Positions 32,701 to 41,254 of a stretch of DNA of 41,254 nt are shown here, piece after piece (position 1 is the stretch's first letter; each line of letters begins with the position of its first letter). This DNA comes from a bacterium (GTDB lineage Bacteria; SAR324; NAC60-12). Location of the stretch: NCBI GenBank assembly GCA_965233585.1, contig CBDDTI010000195.1, positions 1 to 41,254 on the forward strand. The letters run 5' to 3'. The notes below the pieces were generated by a model. It saw nothing but the letters and a program-made list of their open reading frames with translations, was not told where the DNA came from and did not search any database. Made by a program: the position numbers and the translations under genes.

Positions 32701-35700
32701 GGCAAGCGGGGTGCATATCGGTTGCTGCTTGAACCCAGTTGAAGGATGTTGAAGGTAGCTTTTTATGATTTCGTTTCGTCTGGTGGCTTGATTGTTTGCT
32801 GCTAAAAGCAGCCTTTTGCAGCCTTAGGTGATTGCTTGAAGTGTTTCTTGCTGTTGCGGAGTTTGTGGGTTTTCGCGCAGGCAGTCGGCTTCCATTTGAA
32901 TGATTGTATTGAATACTTTACTGCCCCTTGTTGGCCCCCCTTGCCCCTCTAGACTCCTACCGAAGTTTTCGGCCCAGAAAGAACATGAATTATGTTTTTT
33001 TCAGTCGATCCCGTTATTAATTAATAGTATTAATTTAAAACGGGATGGAGTAAGAATCTGCTTAGGGAAAGATGTGGAAAGGTGAAGTATTGAAGGCTTT
33101 CTTACTCCGCCATCGTTTCGATATCGTGTCAATTACATTGGGTAATTGAATTAAAACATACCACGGAGTAGCGGAGTAGCGCGGAGTAGCGACGGATTGG
33201 TGAATGTTGCCTGGGTGGTGCTGCATTGCAATCGCCGCATTGGAGCTAAGGAACGGAGACAGCTGATACCACATGTGCGCTTTCCATTTCTGGGGCCGGA
33301 AAGTCAATTGAAATCAGGCTTCGCATGTGCGGGCCTCCTCTGTTCCAACTCTATATGCTTGTTGCTTAACTAAACGCAGTTGTCATTTTTTGTTTGTTGC
33401 ACGGGTCGGCCTTTGCTGTTGATTTTGCGATTTTGCGGTCTCATTTTTGGTACCGCCAGACGGTCCCAAAAATGGGACCGTGAAAGTGCTTTTCTTCTAT
33501 TCTTTTACTAAGCTGTGCATGCGGTCCCAAAAATGGGACCGCCAGGCGGTCCCATTTTTGGGACCGTGTTTAGGTTCATTTTTTGAAGTTTTTTGTATCA
33601 AGGTTGCAGAAGCGCAACGTTTTGGTTTCAATGAACCTTTTTGGCTTATGGCGACCGGAAGGGCAACTGTTCCAACTCTATATGCTTGTTGCTTAACTAA
33701 ACGCAGTTGTCATTTTTTGTTTGTTGCACGGGTCGGCCTTTGCTGTTGATTTTGCGATTTTGCGGTCTCATTTTTGGTACCGCCAGACGGTCCCAAAAAT
33801 GGGACCGTGAAAGTGCTTTTCTTCTATTCTTTTACTAAGCTGTGCATGCGGTCCCAAAAATGGGACCGCCAGGCGGTCCCATTTTTGGGACCGAGTTTAG
33901 GTTCATTTTTTGAAGTTTTTTGTATCAAGGTTGCAGAAGCGCAACGTTTTGGTTTCAATGAACCTTTTTGGCTTATGGCGACCGGAAGGGTAACTAGGGA
34001 GGCCCTTTTGAGCGAAGCCGGTTTTGAGAAGCTTTTCCGGACCCAGAATTGGGTCCGTCGGAGCAAGCTGTTTTGTAGATGATTTTGTTTCTTGTTGGGG
34101 CAAGCGGGGTGCATATCGGTTGCTGCTTGAACCCAGTTGAAGGATGTTGAAGGTAGCTTTTTATGATTTCGTTTCGTCTGGTGGCTTGATTGTTTGCTGC
34201 TAAAAGCAGCCTTTTGCAGCCTTAGGTGATTGCTTGAAGTGTTTCTTGCTGTTGCGGAGTTTGTGGGTTTTCGCGCAGGCAGTCGGCTTCCATTTGAATG
34301 ATTGTATTGAATACTTTACTGCCCCTTGTTGGCCCCCCTTGCCCCTCTAGACTCCTACCGAAGTTTTCGGCCCAGAAAGAACATGAATTATGTTTTTTTC
34401 AGTCGATCCCGTTATTAATTAATAGTATTAATTTAAAACGGGATGGAGTAAGAATCTGCTTAGGGAAAGATGTGGAAAGGTGAAGTATTGAAGGCTTTCT
34501 TACTCCGCCCTCGTTTCGATATCGTGTCAATTACATTGGGTAATTGAATTAAAACATACCACGGAGTAGCGGAGTAGCGCGGAGTAGCGACGGATTGGTG
34601 AATGTTGCCTGGGTGGTGCTGCATTGCAATCGCCGCATTGGAGCTAAGGAACGGAGACAGCTGATACCACATGTGCGCTTTCCATTTCTGGGGCCGGAAA
34701 GTCAATTGAAATCAGGCTTCGCATGTGCGGGCCTCCTCTGTTCCAACTCTATATGCTTGTTGCTTAACTAAACGCAGTTGTCATTTTTTGTTTGTTGCAC
34801 GGGTCGGCCTTTGCTGTTGATTTTGCGATTTTGCGGTCTCATTTTTGGTACCGCCAGACGGTCCCAAAAATGGGACCGTGAAAGTGCTTTTCTTTATTCT
34901 TTTACTAAGCTGTGCATGCGGTCCCAAAAATGGGACCGCCAGGCGGTCCCATTTTTGGGACCGTGTTTAGGTTCATTTTTTGAAGTTTTTTGTATCAAGG
35001 TTGCAGAAGCGCAACGTTTTGGTTTCAATGAACCTTTTTGGCTTATGGCGACCGGAAGGGCAACTGTTCCAACTCTATATGCTTGTTGCTTAACTAAACG
35101 CAGTTGTCATTTTTTGTTTGTTGCACGGGTCGGCCTTTGCTGTTGATTTTGCGATTTTGCGGTCTCATTTTTGGTACCGCCAGACGGTCCCAAAAATGGG
35201 ACCGTGAAAGTGCTTTTCTTCTATTCTTTTACTAAGCTGTGCATGCGGTCCCAAAAATGGGACCGCCGGTCCCATTTTTGGGACCGTGTTTAGGTTCATT
35301 TTTTGAAGTTTTTTGTATCAAGGTTGCAGAAGCGCAACGTTTTGGTTTCAATGAACCTTTTTGGCTTATGGCGACCGGAAGGGTAACTAGGGAGGCCCTT
35401 TTGAGCGAAGCCGGTTTTGAGAAGCTTTTCCGGACCCAGAATTGGGTCCGTCGGAGCAAGCTGTTTTGTAGATGATTTTGTTTCTTGTTGGGGCAAGCGG
35501 GGTGCATATCGGTTGCTGCTTGAACCCAGTTGAAGGATGTTGAAGGTAGCTTTTTATGATTTCGTTTCGTCTGGTGGCTTGATTGTTTGCTGCTAAAAGC
35601 AGCCTTTTGCAGCCTTAGGTGATTGCTTGAAGTGTTTCTTGCTGTTGCGGAGTTTGTGGGTTTTCGCGCAGGCAGTCGGCTTCCATTTGAATGATTGTAT

Positions 35701-38700
35701 TGAATACTTTACTGCCCCTTGTTGGCCCCCCTTGCCCCTCTAGACTCCTACCGAAGTTTTCGGCCCAGAAAGAACATGAATTATGTTTTTTCAGTCGATC
35801 CCGTTATTAATTAATAGTATTAATCTAAAACGGGATGGAGTAAGAATCTGCTTAGGGAAAGATGTGGAAAGGTGAAGTATTGAAGGCTTTCTTACTCCGC
35901 CATCGTTTCGATATCGTGTCAATTACATTGGGTAATTGAATTAAAACATACCACGGAGTAGCGCGGAGTAGCGACGGATTGGTGAATGTTGCCTGGGTGG
36001 TGCTGCATTGCAATCGCCGCATTGGAGCTAAGGAACGGAGACAGCTGATACCACATGTGCGCTTTCCATTTCTGGGGCCGGAAAGTCAATTGAAATCAGG
36101 CTTCGCATGTGCGGGCCTCCTCTGTTCCAACTCTATATGCTTGTTGCTTAACTAAACGCAGTTGTCATTTTTTGTTTGTTGCACGGGTCGGCCTTTGCTG
36201 TTGATTTTGCGATTTTGCCGCCAGACGGTCCCAAAAATGGGGCCGTGAAAGTGCTTTTCTTCTATTCTTTTACTAAGCTGTGCAGGACCGTGTTTAGGTT
36301 CATTTTTTGAAGTTTTTTGTATCAAGGTTGCAGAAGCGCAACGTTTTGGTTTCAATGAACCTTTTTGGCTTATGGCGACCGGAAGGGTAACTAGGGAGGC
36401 CCTTTTGAGCGAAGCCGGTTTTGAGAAGCTTTTCCGGACCCAGACTTGGGTCCGTCGGAGCAAGCTGTTTTGTAGATGATTTTGTTTCTTGTTGGGGCAA
36501 GCGGGGTGCATATCGGTTGCTGCTTGAACCCAGTTGAAGGATGTTGAAGGTAGCTTTTTATGATTTCGTTTCGTCTGGTGGCTTGATTGTTTGCTGCTAA
36601 AAGCAGCCTTTTGCAGCCTTAGGTGATTGCTTGAAGTGTTTCTTGCTGTTGCGGAGTTTGTGGGTTTTCGCGCAGGCAGTCGGCTTCCATTTGAATGATT
36701 GTATTGAATACTTTACTGCCCCTTGTTGGCCCCCCTTGCCCCTCTAGACTCCTACCGAAGTTTTCGGCCCAGAAAGAACATGAATTATGTTTTTTTCAGT
36801 CGATCCCGTTATTAATTAATAGTATTAATTTAAAACGGGATGGAGTAAGAATCTGCTTAGGGAAAGATGTGGAAAGGTGAAGTATTGAAGGCTTTCTTAC
36901 TCCGCCATCGTTTCGATATCGTGTCAATTACATTGGGTAATTGAATTAAAACATACCACGGAGTAGCGGAGTAGCGACGGATTGGTGAATGTTGCCTGGG
37001 TGGTGCTGCATTGCAATCGCCGCATTGGAGCTAAGGAACGGAGACAGCTGATACCACATGTGCGCTTTCAGGTTCCATTTCTGGGGCCGGAAAGTCAATT
37101 GAAATCAGGCTTCGCATGTGCGGGCCTCCTCTGTTCCAACTCTATATGCTTGTTGCTTAACTAAACGCAGTTGTCATTTTTTGTTTGTTGCACGGGTCGG
37201 CCTTTGCTGTTGATTTTGCGATTTTGCGGTCTCATTTTTGGTACCGCCAGACGGTCCCAAAAATGGGACCGTGAAAGTGCTTTTCTTCTATTCTTTTACT
37301 AAGCTGTGCATGCGGTCCCAAAAATGGGACCGCCAGGCGGTCCCATTTTTGGGACCGTGTTTAGGTTCATTTTTTGAAGTTTTGTGTATCAAGGTTGCAG
37401 AAGCGCAACGTTTTGGTTTCAATGAACCTTTTTGGCTTATGGCGACCGGAAGGGCAACTGTTCCAACTCTATATGCTTGTTGCTTAACTAAACGCAGTTG
37501 TCATTTTTTGTTTGTTGCACGGGTCGGCCTTTGCTGTTGATTTTGCGATTTTGCGGTCTCATTTTTGGTACCGCCAGACGGTCCCAAAAATGGGACCGTG
37601 AAAGTGCTTTTCTTCTATTCTTTTACTAAGCTGTGCATGCGGTCCCAAAAATGGGACCGCCAGGCGGTCCCATTTTTGGGACCGTGTTTAGGTTCATTTT
37701 TTGAAGTTTTTTGTATCAAGGTTGCAGAAGCGCAACGTTTTGGTTTCAATGAACCTTTTTGGCTTATGGCGACCGGAAGGGTAACTAGGGAGGCCCTTTT
37801 GAGCGAAGCCGGTTTTGAGAAGCTTTTCCGGACCCAGAATTGGGTCCGTCGGAGCAAGCTGTTTTGTAGATGATTTTGTTTCTTGTTGGGGCAAGCGGGG
37901 TGCATATCGGTTGCTGCTTGAACCCAGTTGAAGGATGTTGAAGGTAGCTTTTTATGATTTCGTTTCGTCTGGTGGCTTGATTGTTTGCTGCTAAAAGCAG
38001 CCTTTTGCAGCCTTAGGTGATTGCTTGAAGTGTTTCTTGCTGTTGCGGAGTTTGTGGGTTTTCGCGCAGGCAGTCGGCTTCCATTTGAATGATTGTATTG
38101 AATACTTTACTGCCCCTTGTTGGCCCCCCTTGCCCCTCTAGACTCCTACCGAAGTTTTCGGCCCAGAAAGAACATGAATTATGTTTTTTTCAGTCGATCC
38201 CGTTATTAATTAATAGTATTAATTTAAAACGGGATGGAGTAAGAATCTGCTTAGGGAAAGATGTGGAAAGGTGAAGTATTGAAGGCTTTCTTACTCCGCC
38301 ATCGTTTCGATATCGTGTCAATTACATTGGGTAATTGAATTAAAACATACCACGGAGTAGCGGAGTAGCGACGGATTGGTGAATGTTGCCTGGGTGGTGC
38401 TGCATTGCAATCGCCGCATTGGAGCTAAGGAACGGAGACAGCTGATACCACATGTGCGCTTTCCATTTCTGGGGCCGGAAAGTCAATTGAAATCAGGCTT
38501 CGCATGTGCGGGCCTCCTCTGTTCCAACTCTATATGCTTGTTGCTTAACTAAACGCAGTTGTCATTTTTTGTTTGTTGCACGGGTCGGCCTTTGCTGTTG
38601 ATTTTGCGATTTTGCGGTCTCATTTTTGGTACCGCCAGACGGTCCCAAAAATGGGACCGTGAAAGTGCTTTTCTTTATTCTTTTACTAAGCTGTGCATGC

Positions 38701-41254
38701 GGTCCCAAAAATGGGACCGCCAGGCGGTCCCATTTTTGGGACCGTGTTTAGGTTCATTTTTTGAAGTTTTTTGTATCAAGGTTGCAGAAGCGCAACGTTT
38801 TGGTTTCAATGAACCTTTTTGGCTTATGGCGACCGGAAGGGCAACTGTTCCAACTCTATATGCTTGTTGCTTAACTAAACGCAGTTGTCATTTTTTGTTT
38901 GTTGCACGGGTCGGCCTTTGCTGTTGATTTTGCGATTTTGCGGTCTCATTTTTGGTACCGCCAGACGGTCCCAAAAATGGGACCGTGAAAGTGCTTTTCT
39001 TCTATTCTTTTACTAAGCTGTGCATGCGGTCCCAAAAATGGGACAGCCAGGCGGTCCCATTTTTGGGACCGTGTTTAGGTTCATTTTTTGAAGTTTTTTG
39101 TATCAAGGTTGCAGAAGCGCAACGTTTTGGTTTCAATGAACCTTTTTGGCTTATGGCGACCGGAAGGGTAACTAGGGAGGCCCTTTTGAGCGAAGCCGGT
39201 TTTGAGAAGCTTTTCCGGACCCAGAATTGGGTCCGTCGGAGCAAGCTGTTTTGTAGATGATTTTGTTTCTTGTTGGGGCAAGCGGGGTGCATATCGGTTG
39301 CTGCTTGAACCCAGTTGAAGGATGTTGAAGGTAGCTTTTTATGATTTCGTTTCGTCTGGTGGCTTGATTGTTTGCTGCTAAAAGCAGCCTTTTGCAGCCT
39401 TAGGTGATTGCTTGAAGTGTTTCTTGCTGTTGCGGAGTTTGTGGGTTTTCGCGCAGGCAGTCGGCTTCCATTTGAATGATTGTATTGAATACTTTACTGC
39501 CCCTTGTTGGCCCCCCTTGCCCCTCTAGACTCCTACCGAAGTTTTCGGCCCAGAAAGAACATGAATTATGTTTTTTTCAGTCGATCCCGTTATTAATTAT
39601 TAGTATTAATTTAAAACGGGATGGAGTAAGAATCTGCTTAGGGAAAGATGTGGAAAGGTGAAGTATTGAAGGCTTTCTTACTCCGCCATCGTTTCGATAT
39701 CGTGTCAATTACATTGGGTAATTGAATTAAAACATACCACGGAGTAGCGGAGTAGCGACGGATTGGTGAATGTTGCCTGGGTGGTGCTGCATTGCAATCG
39801 CCGCATTGGAGCTAAGGAACGGAGACAGCTGATACCACATGTGCGCTTTCAGGTTCCATTTCTGGGGCCGGAAAGTCAATTGAAATCAGGCTTCGCATGT
39901 GCGGGCCTCCTCTGTTCCAACTCTATATGCTTGTTGCTTAACTAAACGCAGTTGTCATTTTTTGTTTGTTGCACGGGTCGGCCTTTGCTGTTGATTTTGC
40001 GATTTTGCGGTCTCATTTTTGGTACCGCCAGACGGTCCCAAAAATGGGACCGTGAAAGTGCTTTTCTTTATTCTTTTACTAAGCTGTGCATGCGGTCCCA
40101 AAAATGGGACCGCCGGGCGGTCCCATTTTTGGGACCGTGTTTAGGTTCATTTTTTGAAGTTTTTGTATCAAGGTTGCAGAAGCGCAACGTTTTGGTTTCA
40201 ATGAACCTTTTTGGCTTATGGCGACCGGAAGGGCAACTGTTCCAACTCTATATGCTTGTTGCTTAACTAAAGGCAGTTGTCATTTTTTGTTTGTTGCACG
40301 GGTCGGCCTTTGCTGTTGATTTTGCGATTTTGCGGTCTCATTTTTGGTACCGCCAGACGGTCCCAAAAATGGGACCGTGAAAGTGCTTTTCTTCTATTCT
40401 TTTACTAAGCTGTGCATGCGGTCCCAAAAATGGGACCGCCAGGCGGTCCCATTTTTGGGACCGTGTTTAGGTTCATTTTTTGAAGTTTTTTGTATCAAAG
40501 TTGCAGAAGCGCAACGTTTTGGTTTCAATGAACCTTTTTGGCTTATGGCGACCGGAAGGGTAACTAGGGAGGCCCTTTTGAGCGAAGCCGGTTTTGAGAA
40601 GCTTTTCCGGACCCAGAATTGGGTCCGTCGGAGCAAGCTGTTTTGTAGATGATTTTGTTTCTTGTTGGGGCAAGCGGGGTGCATATCGGTTGCTGCTTGA
40701 ACCCAGTTGAAGGATGTTGAAGGTAGCTTTTTATGATTTCGTTTCGTCTGGTGGCTTGATTGTTTGCTGCTAAAAGCAGCCTTTTGCAGCCTTAGGTGAT
40801 TGCTTGAAGTGTTTCTTGCTGTTGCGGGGTTTGTGGGTTTTCGCGCAGGCAGTCGGCTTCCATTTGAATGATTGTATTGAATACTTTACTGCCCCTTGTT
40901 GGCCCCCTTGCCCCTCTAGACTCCTACCGAAGTTTTCGGCCCAGAAAGAACATGAATTATGTTTTTTTCAGTCGATCCCGTTATTAATTAATAGTATTAA
41001 TTTAAAACGGGATGGAGTAAGAATCTGCTTAGGGAAAGATGTGGAAAGGTGAAGTATTGAAGGCTTTCTTACTCCGCCATCGTTTCGATATCGTGTCAAT
41101 TACATTGGGTAATTGAATTAAAACATACCACGGAGTAGCGGAGTAGCGACGGATTGGTGAATGTTGCCTGGGTGGTGCTGCATTGCAATCGCCGCATTGG
41201 AGCTAAGGAACGGAGACAGCTGATACCACATGTGCGCTTTCCATTTCTGGGGCC

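Larger units (their letters stand above)
1..41254. repeat. Complex tandem repeat (macro/satellite) array: 31 full monomers plus one partial, head-to-tail
   Basis: The anchor AGTCGGCTTCCAT (GGCCGGCTTCCAT in two copies) recurs at 1, 1416, 2816, 3898, 4969, 6058, 7149, 8240, 9638, 11005, 12409, 13486, 14563, 15955, 17329, 18708, 20082, 21441, 22800, 24149, 25518, 26922, 28325, 30056, 31460, 32883, 34281, 35674, 36678, 38072, 39459 and 40851. No unique sequence lies between copies, and the ORF track repeats with the same period. Confidence 0.99.

Noticed and set aside
18..41052. Recurrent 60-140 aa ORFs on both strands (MIVLN..., MTFRPQ..., MVPPDG..., MHPACP...)
   Set aside because: They are short, overlap on opposite strands and often use non-ATG starts. 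They show no recognisable domain, are built from palindrome-derived peptides, and are freely frameshifted between copies.
1..41254. In vitro rolling-circle/MDA concatemer artefact of a single circle
   Set aside because: Copies carry nested, locally shared variants, variable module number and a 5% diverged block, which a single template would not generate.

Overview
The whole 41,254-bp window is one uninterrupted head-to-tail tandem array (complex satellite) of a non-coding ~1.0-1.7 kb monomer. It holds 31 complete copies plus a 404-bp partial copy, all in the same orientation and running off both window ends. Each monomer is a ~750-bp constant part plus 1, 2 or 3 copies of a 327-bp internal module (1077, 1404 or 1731 bp). 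I found no credible protein-coding gene, rRNA, tRNA or CRISPR array; the short ORFs are recurrent by-products of the repeat. The monomer is unusually structured. (i) An AT-rich stem-loop carries TAGTATTAA at its apex, flanked by direct and inverted (C)GGAGTA repeats, resembling a HUH/CRESS-type rolling-circle origin with iterons. (ii) A gap-free 59-bp imperfect inverted repeat brackets the variable-copy module. (iii) A family of 18-bp dyads (GGTCCCA-N4-TGGGACC) is arranged as nested 45-bp palindromic doublets that are hot-spots for indels. Variant patterns record a ~5% diverged subfamily block, local homogenisation tracts and nascent higher-order repeats. The best working hypothesis (inference only) is a tandemly amplified non-autonomous mobile element or replicon in a eukaryotic genome. 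The host cannot be determined from the sequence.
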